A DNA stretch of 64,000 bases, from NCBI RefSeq assembly GCF_004010195.1, contig NC_057718.1:80727187-80791186 (forward strand), given 5' to 3'. The position numbers and the translations under genes are program-made. The stretch is from Chiloscyllium plagiosum (lineage: Eukaryota). Shown one piece after another: positions 37,990 to 50,381 of this stretch (position 1 is the first letter of the stretch; every line of letters starts with the position of its first letter). The notes under the pieces were generated by a model. That model did no database searches, had not been told where the DNA came from, and saw only the letters and a program-made list of their open reading frames with translations.

Positions 37990-38560
37990 ACATGGCAGAT
38001 AATGACAAATTGGCAGCCTTCTTCTCAGATAGGGACCTGGAGGATGTCATGATGCAGAGGCGGGCTGACCTCTTTCCCATGAATGACTAAAGGTCACTAC
38101 ACCACCTGCCATGGAGGTCACCACCAAGGTCATTGTGGTCTCCATGGTTCTAGGAAACACCCAGCAATACAGGATGAAGTTGAATAACATTCTCCCATCT
38201 GCAAACTCACACTCACTCTACTGCACCCACCTCCCACAAGGCTCATGGCTCTATCACTCTCACCACTGTGTGTTGCGTATTCCTTCCTACCCACCAAAAC
38301 CCCCTACTAATCCTATTCACTCACTCGGGATGCTTTAACAATCTACCTCACCTGCACCAGCATTAACAGTCATACCAGCTCTTTCATCTCACACGATTCA
38401 GCACACCAGCAACGCACTCCACCCCACCCCACCCCACCCCTTTTCATTCCAAGAGTAAACAACCTATAACAACCCTGAAAAGGCCAAAATGGACGATAGC
38501 CTTCAACTCCTCATTCACTATAAGAGGAGGATATTGGACCCCGCTGGAGAAGACCCTGCT
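37990..38560 (+). mobile_element. PIF/Harbinger remnant (Myb/SANT-like gene, two decayed exons)
   Basis: MADNDKLAAFFSDRDLEDVMMQRRADLFP, then EVTTKVIVVS..NTQQYRMKLNNIL. A second exon-like block lies near 38450. Confidence 0.55.
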
Positions 38561-39291
38561 ATCTCTAGCATGCAATTACTAGCAGCCAGGTCAAGTATTT
38601 TCAGAGTCTGTGGGATAAGCACACAGACCTGCAATTCATCACCCGTGCCATTGATTCTTCAAAACAATGGCAAGGTGACAGGAAGAAGAGGGACCTTGAC
38701 TTCAGTTAAGGTACACCTTCACAAGGGAACCAGAATGCACCCAGCCACAGAGAGGCTACCAACAGGCACCAGGTCTGCTGTCAGGCCACTGCAAGATGGC
38801 CGGGCCTTCCACCTCCAGTCTGCCTGTCACCATCAGCCCTGTCTCTGACAAGGACACATACAATTTGGCTGGGCCCTCTAAACACAAACATCCCACCCAG
38901 ACTTCCAATGGCAATGGGCTTCACTGTAGGATAGGCACCCTCCACTTATCTGTTCAGTGGAATTTGCATTGAGACAAACTGACAGAGAAAGAATGAAGAC
39001 AAGCTTCTGAGGGCATATTGGTGGCATGAGTGACACTTTACGTTCTCAGTTTTGTATAGAAACGTTCTGTTTTCACCATTATCTCTGTGTGTGAGAATAT
39101 CTGTCTAAATGCAAATGCAACATTGCAGGTACACAATGCTCCCTGGATCAGGCCTAAGATGAGTAGTGGCTGCATCATGTACAGGCAATTGGTAAATCGC
39201 AGGAAGCTGTAGCTTTGGCAACAATGCTCCATCTCCCTCGGTGCACAGACATTGTTATTACAACCAAGGAGTTAGTGGAGATCAATCATTA

Positions 39292-40465
39292 AAGACCATA
39301 GCAACAGGAACAGGAGTGGGTCATTTGACTCACCATTCAATAGGATTATGGTTGATCAGACATTATTCACATCCACTGTCCTGCCCTTGCCCCGTAACCC
39401 TTGATTCCCCTATTGAGCAAGAATCTAACAATCCCAGCCTTAAATATACACAAGGACTCTACCCCCACAGCACTCTATGGAAAAGAGTTTCAAAGACTCA
39501 CAACCCTCTGAGAGAAGAAATTCCTCCTCATCTCAGTCTTAAATTGGTGCCTCTTTATTCTGAGTCTGTGTCGTCCAGTCCTAGACCTCCCATGAGAAGA
39601 AAAGTTCTCTCAGCATTTACCCTCTCAAGCCCCCTAATAATCCTTTATGTTTCAATGAGATTACCTCTCATTCTGCTCAGAAGACAATCCCTGCAGACCA
39701 GAGATCATCCTAGTGAACCTTCTCTGAACTGCCTTCAAAAAAAGTTATATTTTTCCTGCTCACAGTACTCCAGATTTGGTCTCACCAACACCTTATACAA
39801 TTGCAGTAAGACTTCCATACTCTTACACTCCAACCCTCTTCAAATAAGGGCCAACATTCGATTAGTCTTCCTGATTACCTGCTGCACCTGTGATCTAGCT
39901 TTCTATTTTTCATGCACAGGTACCCCAAATCCCTTTGTGTTGTGACTTTCTTCAGTTTTACTCCAGTTAATTAGTGTTCTGTTCTTTTATTCTCCCTTCC
40001 AAAATGAACTTCACATTTTCCCATATTGTACCCTATTTGCCAACTTTTTGCTCACTTATTTAACCTATCGATATCTCTCTGTAAACTTTCATGACCAGCC
40101 TTTCCGCCTATTTTGTGTCATCTGCAAATTTGGCTGCAGTAATATTATAACCAGTGTGAGCCCAACATTGATTCCTATGGAAACCCACTAGTCATGGGTT
40201 GTCGACGTGTAAAAGAACCTCTTATCCGTACTCGCTATTTCCTGCCCATTATCCAGCTCTTTACCTAATTCTCTATCCATGACAATATAATATCTCCAAT
40301 ACTGTGGGCTCTTATCTTACGACTTAACCTTTTCTGAGGTTCCTTGTCGAGAATCTCCTCACTGTCCAAATACAACACACGTTTTCCTTCTTTCCACTCT
40401 GTTGGAGACTTCCTCACAAAACTGTAATAAATTAATCAGACATGATTTCCCATTCATGAAGCCTG
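39292..40465 (-). mobile_element. CR1 3' portion (older subfamily)
   Basis: Reverse-strand RT motifs (tcatctgcaaattt = KFADD) and a CR1 3' UTR at 39295-39450. Confidence 0.8.
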
Positions 40466-41364
40466 CTAACTTCGGTTAACTAGATTATGATTATACTGCA
40501 TGAGATGCTCAGGCTTGCTTGGAGTAATAGTTGGAGTGCAAACAGTGGGATCATGCCTCAGGGTCACAAGGATTGCAGTCTTCATGGGTCTTTTCACCTT
40601 CAGTATATGGGTGTGTGACCAATGCAGTTGCCTTTTGAAGAGGTTCATATTGCAGCCCCCTTCCTCACAGTGCAAAGCTTACCCCCCGGTATGGTCACAT
40701 CACTTCCGTTGCATACTTGTGATTTACTGAATGAAGGAAGGCATAGTGGCTGCTCCTTGGACAGTGAGGTCCAGCCTTCACCTCTCAATATAGGTGCATT
40801 TCAATACGTAAATCCCTTCCTAGTTGCCCAGAGCAAAGGCAAGATGGACAATAAGAAAGTGAGTAATCAGAGAACATGTGAGCAATCCTGAGATGGAGCC
40901 TGGACCATGAGCTGGATGATGCTCCCTGTGTGCAAAGTATCCTTGCAACAATATTCCAGTGGGAGGTGCTGGTGTGTAGCCTAAAATGCTGCATTACAAT
41001 GCAGAAGGATGCAGTAAGTCGATCAGCGATGTGCCATGGTGGTGAAGAAAGACTGGCATGTGTTAGATACTAACATCCTTGGACATGGGGTGCATGTGAG
41101 CACAATCCGGGGAGTATGTCCTAAGATGTGGTATAGACAAGGTACAATTACAACATTTAAAAGACATTTGGACAGGAACATGCAGAGGAAAGATTTTGGA
41201 ATGCTGGAGGCGAGATACAGGTAAATATGACTAGTTCAGTTTAGGGAACCTGATTGGCATGAACCAGTTGGACCAAAGGGTCTGTTTCCCTGCTTATAGC
41301 CTACATGTTGGTACCAAGTGTCAAAGATGGCAATCTGGAGGAGCAAGTGACAAGCTGGAATGAC

Positions 41365-43700
41365 CATAGAGTCATAGAGATGTACAGCATGGAAAGAGAC
41401 CCTTCGGTCCAACCCGTCCATGCCGACCAAATATCCCAACCCAATCTAGTTCCACCTACCAGCACCCGGCCCATATCCCTCCAAACCCATCCTATTTATA
41501 TACCCATCTAAATGCCTTTTAAATGTTGCAATTGTACCAAACTCCACAACATTCTGTGGCAGCTCATTCCATACACATACCACCCTCTGCGTAAAAATGT
41601 TGCCCCTTAGGTCCCTTTTATATCTTTCCCCTCTCACCCTAAACCTATGCCCTCTAGTTCTGGACTCCCCAACCCCAGGGAAAAGACTTTGCCTATTTAC
41701 CCTATCCATGCGCCTCATAATTTTGTAAACTTCTACAAGGTCACCCCTCAGCCCCCGACGCTCCAGGGAAAACAACCCCAGCCTGTTCAGCCTCTCCCTA
41801 TAGCTCATATCCTCCAACCCTGCAACCTCCTTGTAAATCCTTTTTTGAACCCTTTCAAGTTTCACAACATCTTTCTGATAGGAAGGAGATCAGAATTGCA
41901 CATATTCCAACAGTGGCCTAACCAATGTCTTGTACAGCTGCAATATTTTTTTAGATTAGACTCCCTACAGTGTGGAAACAGGCCCTTCAGCCCAACAAGT
42001 CCACACTGACCCTCCGAAGAGTAACCCACCGATCCCCCTACATTTACCCCTGACTAATCTACCTAACACTATGGACAATTTAGCATGGCCAATACACCTG
42101 ACCAACTCAATACTCTGACCAATAAAGGAAAGCCTTCTTCACTATCCTATCTACCTGCGACTCCACTTTCAAGGAGCTATGAACCTGTACTCCAAGGTCT
42201 CTTTATACAGCAACACTCCCTAGGACCTTACCATTCTGTGTATAAGTCCTGCTAAGATTTGCTTTCCCAAAATGCAGCACCTCGCATTTATCTGAATTAA
42301 ACTCCATCTGCCACTTCTCAGCCCATTGGCCCATCTGGTCCAGATCCTGTTGTAATCTGAGGTAACCCTCTTCGCTGTCCACTACACCTCCAAGTTTGGT
42401 GTCATCTGCAAACTTACTAACTGTACCTCTTATGCTCGCATCCAAATCATTTATGTAAATGACAAAAAGTAGAGGGCCCAGCACCGATCCTTGTGGCACT
42501 CCACTGGTCACAGGCCTCCAGTCTGAAAAACAACCCTCCACCACCACCCTCTGTCTTCTACCTTTGAGCCAGTTCTGTATCCAAATGGCTAGTTCTCCCT
42601 TTATTCCGTGAGATCTAACCTTGCTCATCAGTGTCCCATGGGGAACCTTGTCAAATGCCTTTCTGAAGTCCATATAGATCACATCTACCATTCTGCCCTC
42701 ATCAATCTTCTTTGTTACTTCTTCAAAAAACTCAATTAAGTTTGTGAGACATGATTTTCCACGCACAAAGCCATGTTGACTATCCCTAATCAGTCCTTTT
42801 CTTTCCAAATACATGTACATCCTGTCCCTCAGGATTCCCTCCAACAACTTACCCACCATCTACATCAGGCTCACTGGTCTATAGTTCCCTGGCTTGTCTT
42901 TACCACCCTTCTTAGACAGTGGCACCATGTTTGCCAACCTTCAGTCTTACGGCAGCTCACCTGTGACTATCGATGATACAAATATCTCTGCAAGAGGCCC
43001 AGCAATCACTTCTCTAGCTTCCCACAGAGTTCTCGGGTACACCTGATCAGGTCCTGGGGATTTATCCACCTTTAACCGTTTCAAGACATCCAGCACTTCC
43101 TCCTCTGTAATCTGGACATTTTTCAAGATGTCATCATCTATTTCCCTACAGTCTATATCTTCCATATCCTTTTCCATAGTAAATACTGATGCAAAATATT
43201 CATTTAGTATCTCCCCCATTTTCTGTGGCTCCACACAAAGGCCGCCTTGCTAATCTTTGAGAGGCCCTATTCTCTCCCTAGTTATCCTTTTGTCCTTAAT
43301 ATATTTGTAAAAACCCTTTGGATTCTCCTTAATTCTATTTGCCAAAGCTATCTCATGTCCCCGTTTTGCCCTCCTGATTTCCCTCTTTAGTATACTCCTA
43401 CTTTCTTTATACGCTTCGAAGGATTCCCTCGATCTATCCTGTCTTTACCTGACATATGCTTCCTTCTTTTTCTTAACCAAACCCTCAATTTTTTTAGTCA
43501 TCTAGCATTTCCGATACCGACCAGTCTTTCCTTTCACCCTGACAGGAATATGCTTTCTCTGGATTCTTGTTGTCTCATTTCTGAAGGCTTCCCATTTTCC
43601 AGCTGTCCCTTTACCTGCGAACATCTGCCTCCAATCAGCTTTCTAAAGTTCTTGCCTAATACCGTCAAAATCGGCCTTTCTCCAATTTAGAACTTCAACT
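41365..43700 (-). mobile_element. Young CR1/HER1 LINE, 5'-truncated, with long open RT segments
   Basis: ORF 42203-42859 has QHGFVRGKSCLTNLIEFF, DFRKAFDKVPH, SGVPQGSVLGPLLFVIYINDL and KFADDTK. Frameshifts between segments. Confidence 0.95.
41951..42103 (-). mobile_element. 5'-truncated HE1/V-SINE inserted in CR1
   Basis: (ttaga)n tail and gacaatttagcatggccaatacacctgacc, shared with the full SINE copies. Confidence 0.8.
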
Positions 43701-44180
43701 AAATACCTATTCAGATTTTCATGTTGAGAACTCTCAGCATCTAGGTTCTATTTGATGTGTGGTAGAGTATGAGAACTTAATTATGAATGAAGCAAGATTC
43801 AGTGTTATTGAGGTTGATAACAAGCAATAATCTATGTTACTGGGCATCTCGCTGCTCTGTCGTAAGAATATTATATTGACATGCAGAACTTTATTGGAAA
43901 TTGTTATATGTTGCTCCTGAAATCAAGAAAGGCCTTGTTTAATTTCTTGTAAGATTCTCCCAGATTTCTCACTACAGCCTACGTCACTCAGGGATTTATA
44001 AGATTCTGGTCTAAGATTTCCAATTTTTTATTCTTCTAAACCGCCCTGTCATGAGTAATCACAAATATAAGTCCTCATATTCACAGTCTATGACTGTTAC
44101 GGACTTGCACCACCCCTTGTAATATTGCCAGAGGGTGGGCAACCCTATTTGGAGTTGAATCTTAATGTTCTTAAATCTAA

Positions 44181-44211
44181 CTGTCTGTCGTCTGTCTATC
44201 TGTCTGTCTGC

Positions 44212-44243
<32 letters not shown>

Positions 44244-44253
44244 GATCTATCTA
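44181..44253. repeat. (TCTG)n/(TCTA)n tetranucleotide microsatellite
   Basis: Direct repeats, located at the 3' end of the minus-strand repeat 44255-45008. Confidence 0.9.
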
Positions 44254-44254
44254 C

Positions 44255-45008
44255 ATACGCATGTATTTTGTTACATAACATGTGAAAAATGTTGCCATTC
44301 TCCTGTTTCATCTTAAAATAGAGAAAAATAAACCAAAACATAGAACACAAGGGCCAGAAAAATAAAGAAATAGTGTTCAACTTTACCGTCTTTCTTGTGA
44401 AGAGCTCCGCCATGGATCATGGGCCTGGTGGACTGCCATAAGTCCCCTTCACTTTGCTGCTGGAACAAGAGTTGCCACTCGTTAGTGCCATCTCACCTTC
44501 ACCGATGCCCCCACCGCTATGAGTCCTCACTGAACCCCACCAATGCAGCCACCACTGATGGCGGCAGATACTGCACCGACCCAAACTCAACTCCACTGCT
44601 GCCATGAGTCTGCTTCGGGTCCACTTCGCCAGTGCAGTCGCTGCTGATGCTACTGGGTCTCTACTCCTGCCTTCGTGCATTTGCGCTGACCTCAGATGCC
44701 ACTGGGAACCCAAACTTGCCTCTGCCGCAGCAAGCATGAGTCAGTGCTCAGACCACCTCATTAATGCAGAAGATAGTGGGTTCACTTTGAATCTGTGTTG
44801 GGCCCACTTACCGACAGCCACAAGTCCACACAGGACTCACTCTTGGCTGCCTATCGTGTTGCTGCAGCTGAGCTCTTCAACAAGAGGTAAGTAAAAGGAA
44901 AGAAAGAAAAATGAGAAAAGAGAAAAGAAAAGAAACAAAAATAAAAAACAAACAGAGCGGACGAGCCCTGGGCTCAGCAGCCCTACTCTGCCACCATCTC
45001 ACTGGAAG
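44255..45008 (-). mobile_element. Non-coding interspersed repeat, copy 2 of the 30335-31160 family
   Basis: Reverse strand starts CTTCCAGTGAGATGG and shares internal blocks such as aaggggactt..ccaccag.cccatg. Confidence 0.6.
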
Positions 45009-45468
45009 ATGAACATCATATTTCATCTTTTTTCTCTGTTCTCATTAGTCTGTGCACCAATTTCATCCATGACTCAAAATAACCAAACTTATCACTCCTT
45101 TGGTGCCCACGCTTTCTTTACTGTCTTTGTCTAATTATATATCAATGTGCATATTTCTGATTCTCTTTTCTAATCCTCTGTATCTTTTGCTGTCTCATGT
45201 TGCTTTTCAGTTCTAAATCTAAAAATTGCAGCTGAGATTCCCCTTTGTATCTCTTTGCCATATTATTTTCTATGTGTCTGTACTTCTTTTTTAATTTGCT
45301 TGAAGGGCCCACTGTGGCCTGTCTGCACAACCAGAGCCACTCCAAAGGTTGAAGAAGCCAGAGATAAATGTTGACCTTTATGTCAGAAGTAACAGGACTT
45401 ACTCATCTGTGCCCACAAATAAGATCCCAAAACCCCACCAAAACCTCCTTGTGTCATTCACTTTCTGG

Positions 45469-45695
45469 AGAAAGTAAGGTCTGCAGATGCTGGAGATCAG
45501 AGCTGGAAATGTGTTGCTGGAAAAGCGCAGCAGGTCAGGCAGCATCCAGGGAACAGGAGAATCAACGTTTCGGGCATAAGCCCTTCTTCCTTTCGGGCAT
45601 AAGCCCTGAAGAAGGGCTTATGCTCGAAACGTCGATTCTCCTGTTCCCTGGATGCTGCCTGACCTGCTGCGCTTTTCCAGCAACACATTTCCAGC
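45469..45695. mobile_element. Fold-back (palindromic) Penelope pLTR mini-element centred on hammerhead motifs
   Basis: TSD TCATTCACTTTCTGG at 45454-45468 and 45696-45710. About 90-bp near-perfect inverted arms. Core CTGAAGAAGGGCTTATGCTCGAAACGTC at 45606-45633. Confidence 0.9.
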
Positions 45696-45879
45696 TCATT
45701 CACTTTCTGGTTGGGAGCTGCCTCCAGGCCACCTGACTGCCAGTAGTCTGTCAACCATTTACCCTTCAAAATCTGACATGCTTGCATATGTGGGAAAAAG
45801 CAAAATCTGCAGGGAGGAGGAATGGACTGACCAGGGTACTTTGGTTCAAGACACCTTTCAAGTAGGGAGAGTATAAAGG

Positions 45880-46610
45880 AATGTTATGCTATCAGGAGAG
45901 AGTCGGCAGCTGTGACAATCACTTGCTCATCGGTATGATTGCCTACGTAGGAAATTGTGTGTCACTAGTCATGAGTTCTGTGGCTTCTTGCATGGTTGAT
46001 GAGCCTGATCCTCGAGCAAAATCTCTAACCATACATTTGGCATGTGTTTCCAGGAGGTGGAAGTGGTCTTTAGCCTTAAGATCATTGACATTCCTTTCTC
46101 CAATGCCTTTCCCATACTTTCTCTTGCCAATAGATGTTCTCAAGAAAATGTGTTCCTTCATAAAGGAGTTTCCTCCAAGCCCATTTCTTCTGAACAAGGG
46201 TTTCCAATACATTGACATCTATGATGCATTTCTCAAAGGAAGCCTTCAGAGAGACTTTGAAATGCTTCCTTTGTCCTGTCATTTGAGTGCCTTCATTTCA
46301 CAGGATGAAGAAGATTTGTTTTGGCAATCATAAGTCAGGCATCCTAAGAAATGGCCAGCCCAGTAGAGTTGGCTTCTGATGATCATGGCCTCGATCCTGG
46401 TGCAATTAGCTGCTTCAAGAATGCTGATGTTAGTACACCTGTCCTCTAAGCTGGTGGAGAATCTGTCTCAAGCAGCATTGATAGTATTTCTCAAGAATCT
46501 TGAGGTAGTGTCTACACATAGTCGTAGTTTCAGAGCCATATAGAAGAGTTGAAAGAATAACTGCCTTTTACACAAGGATTTGGTATCAGCATGGATGATG
46601 TGATTTATCT
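45880..46610 (-). mobile_element. RTE-clade LINE 3' fragment
   Basis: Minus strand reads KAVILSTLLYGSET..LEKYYQCCLRQIL..TNISILEAA..QLYWAGHFLRMPD, the RTE/BovB-like ORF C-terminus. Confidence 0.8.
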
Positions 46611-47073
46611 GAGATACTCATCTTTAGGCGTCCAAAGGTGGTATTCGCAGACTGAATGCAATAATTGCATGGTCAGTGGAATTGACACTATTTTGTGCAG
46701 CTGAGAGCATGACTCCATAAGGCTTTGTTGCCAGTCTGGCAACAAGGATTGGGCCATCAGTTCAGGCTGTACAAGAACTTGGAATGGGGAGAGGAGGATC
46801 CTGTTGTCATGATCCATGTAGACACCAACAACACAGCCAGGACCAGGAAAAAGGATTTGTTCAGTGAAAGGAAAAGATCCTCAACGGTAATAAACCTGAG
46901 CCACATGCCAATTGACAGAGAGTGCATAAGATTAGTAGAATGAATACATGACTCAAATACAATGTAAGAGAAGTGAGTTCTGGTTCATGGAGCACTGGCA
47001 TCAGTAATGGGGAAAGAAGCAGTTATACTGTTGGGAGAATCTAAACTGGACAAGGGCCAGTGTTCAAGTAACC

Positions 47074-47385
47074 CATAGAATCCCTATAGTGTGGAAGCAG
47101 GCCATTTGGCTGGTCACGTCCGCACTGGACCTCCAGGAGTATCCCACCCAAACACACACCCTGTTTTCCATGGTTAATACCCATAGTCTGCACATCCCTC
47201 AACACTATGGGCAATTTAACATGGCCAATCCACCTAACCTGTACATCTTTGGACTGTGGGAGGAAACAGGAGGAAACCCACACAGACACAGAGAGAATGT
47301 GCAAACACCACACAGTCACCTGAGGCTAAGATTGAACACAGGTCCCTGGCACAGAGAGGCAGCTAAATGGGCCACAATGCCACCC
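47074..47385 (-). mobile_element. HE1/V-SINE, diverged
   Basis: tRNA-like head, V-domain (gggtttcctc..ctcccacagtccaaaga) and CR1-like tail. Confidence 0.85.
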
Positions 47386-47875
47386 ATGAGCCAACGTGCC
47401 ACCTTGATTATAAGCCATGTAACCAGGGAAGAAAAGAAGGCTTTAAACTAAACGGTGGTGATGAAGTATCAAACTTGAATAGATGCAGCACATTGAGGGG
47501 GGGAGGCAAAGTATGACAGCAAACAAATGTCACAGAATGGTAGTAAGAGACAGATAGAATAACTCTAAGAATACACCAACATACAAGACTCGGTATACAA
47601 CAGTGACATCAGAAAAAAACGAAAGACTCTATATGTGAATATTCATAGTATTCTTAATTTAATTTAAAAATTGATATACACTGAAGTAAATAAATATGAT
47701 CGGATGCCTGTTATAGAGATGTGGTTTCACGATGACAAAGTTTGTATCTAAGATATTGAGATGTTTATGATATTCAAGAAGAACAGGAATTTAGGTAAAG
47801 GTCAAGAAGTAATATTGTTAATCAATGCATCAGTGCAATATTTGGAAATGACCTTAGGAATATTAGGGGAGGCAA

Positions 47876-48700
47876 GTCATAGAGTCATAGAGATGTACAG
47901 CATGGAAACAGACCCTTTGGTCCAACCCGTCCATGCTGACCAGATATTCAAACCCAATCTAGTCCCACCTGCCAGCACCCGGCCCATATCCCTCACAGTG
48001 AGGCACAGTGGCTAGCACTGCTGCCTCATACTGCCAGAGGCCTGGGTTCAATTCCCGCCTCAGGCAACTGTCTGTGTAGAATTTGCACATTCTCCCCGTG
48101 TCTGCGTGGGTTTCCTCCGGGTGCTCTGGTTTCCTCCCACAGTCCAAAAATGTGCAGGTCAGGTGAATTGGCCATGCTAAATTGCCCATTGTGTTAGGTG
48201 AAGGGGAATGAGTCTGGGTGGGTTGCTCTTCGGAGGGTCGGTGTCGGCTTGTTGGGCCGAAGGGCCTGTTTCCATACTGTAAGTAATCTAATCTCATCTC
48301 ATCTCAAACCCTTCCTATTCATATGCTCATCCAGATGCCTTGTAAGTGTTGCAATTGTACCAGTCTCCACCACTTCCTCTGGCAGCTCATTCCGTACACG
48401 TACCACCGTCTGTGTGAAAAGGTTGCCCCATAGGTCTCTTTTATATCTTTCCCCTCCCACCCTAAACCTATGCCCTCTAGTTCTAGACTCCCCGACCCCA
48501 GGGAAAATACTTTGTCTATTTATCCTATCCATGCCCCCTCATAATTTTGTAAACCTCTATAAGGTCACCCCTCAGCCTCTGATGCTTCAGGGAAAACAGC
48601 CCCAGGCTGTTCAGCCTCTCCCTATAGCTCAGATCCTCTAACCCTGGCAATATCCTTGTAAATCTTTTCTGAACCCTTTCAAGTTTCACAACATCTATCC
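47876..48700 (-). mobile_element. CR1/HER1 3' portion split by a SINE
   Basis: Minus ORFs DVVKLERVQKRFTRILPGL and RNELPEEVVE. Tail gtcatagagtcatagag. Confidence 0.9.
47992..48303 (+). mobile_element. HE1/V-SINE inserted in a CR1 3' end
   Basis: Head ggcacagtggctagcactgctgcctca, B box ggttcaattcc, V-domain and (tctaa/tctca)n tail. Confidence 0.9.
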
Positions 48701-50231
48701 AGCAGGAGTGTTCTGCAGGCCTCAACAAAGGAAGATTTCACATAATTCTTTGACAGCATTGTATACAAATCTTCAATCTAACTGAAAATAACATGTCTAG
48801 GCCGGCCTCAGTTAAATTGATGGTAGTGCGCTCAATTTGCATAACTTCATGAGGGTTTTTTTGTTTAGGTGGGTGTTTCATCTGTCTTTAGCACCTTGTA
48901 AATTAAGATCCATAACATTGAGAAATGCCCAAATTATTAGTCGGGCAAAAATGTCTTTTCTTTTAATTACCCAAATACCCAGTTTCTATTGGGAAGATAG
49001 GGTTAAACTAAACCCTAGTGTTTTGAATTTTGCATATAAAATTTCACAAAATTTTTAAAATCTTGCAATGAGCAAAATTATTTTACTTCTTTAAATAAAA
49101 TGATAATGTAGTGACAGATTTTATGATACTGTGTATTTCTTTACAAACAATACTAGAAAACTTTAAATTATAGATACTTCCTTCATACACCATCCAGTAC
49201 AGTTTGTTACAAGTAAGTTACTGTTTTATTCATGGTTTCATCACTGAGATTGTTGGAAAGGTCAGTAACCTATTGTACCAGCAATAATCAAAGGAGTTTT
49301 TTACAAATGTATACAGAAATGCAGCAATTTGTAACAAAATCCATTGTTTCAAAATTTAATGTATCTTTTGTAATACTGGTGTTTATATGTTTTGACGTCT
49401 TAAATGACAGCGTTGTTCACTGTATCAAGTATTTGTTCAAAGATTAATCAGAATGTCTCTATGTAAGCTGTTCTCAAGAGATGGAATTCAGGGGGAGGGC
49501 TGGATCTGGAGGTGTTACTTACAGAAAGACATTATACTTACCTTTAAACATAGCCAACTTGTTCCCAAAACAAAAGGTCATTTGGTCTATTATTCACAAA
49601 AGTGAGATTATTGTCAAACAAAGGCAACAGAAGATGTCTCATAAAGGCAAACAGTACAAAAGGGAATAATCCATGTGTTGCCACACAGATATCTTAGGAG
49701 GCGATACAAAAACTAGTTTGCATGTTAATGTGTTTGTTCATCATTAATGGGGGCGTACAGAATTACTTGCAAACATTTGCCTCTTTGTCCAAAAATGATG
49801 ATTTCCAGAATTTATTCATTGAGCTGCCTTCAATGATTTCTTAGTTATAAGTTCAAAACATAGATGCCCAATTGTTTGATGAGAGAGTATCTGTTGTTGT
49901 GGAACATTGCACATGAGCACAGTTCCACTTGCCCTATGGTACATGCTGTGTTTTGGATGAAGCAGTGAGCAGTCTGCAAAATGAATAAATGAACTGTATT
50001 CTTGGGGGTTAGTGAGAAGTCAGTGCAAATTATGGGAACAAGTAACAGTCAGGACAAGGCAGTGTTTTATAACATTAATGCTGCAATCCATCTTTGGAAT
50101 TTTTCAGAGCTCTGCTAATAAAGACCTACTTGCAATACTCAGCAGAAAATCATTTAATTAAATTTATCCATTAAAGTTTCCTTTTCACAGAAAGCCATCA
50201 TTCTCCTCTGTCTCCTCTTCTGTCCTTGCAG

Positions 50232-50381
50232 ATGCGCTCAACACTCGGAACAAGCAAATCATTTGCACCACATTGAAAGTGCTCCAGCACCTGGTTGTGT
50301 CAGCTGATATGGTGGGTGAGGCCCTGGTACCTTATTACCGTCAAATCCTCCCTGTCTTGAATATCTTCAAGAATGTAAATG
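50232..50381 (+). CDS. PACRG: PACRG next coding exon, 150 nt, probably equivalent to human exon 4
   Basis: Pyrimidine tract plus tgcAG at 50230-50231 and donor GTaagt at 50382. Joined in phase 1 to the previous exon it reads (N)[49 protein letters not shown]. Not present in the ORF track. Confidence 0.97.

Noticed and set aside
39241..39945. 234-aa + strand ORF
   Set aside because: Antisense to a CR1 3' region, with no recognisable protein.
40465..41130. Possible Harbinger transposase remnant on the minus strand
   Set aside because: Only vague motif resemblance; cannot be supported without a profile search.
42203..42859. Active or domesticated reverse transcriptase gene
   Set aside because: Part of a 5'-truncated CR1 with frameshifts on both sides and a SINE insertion.
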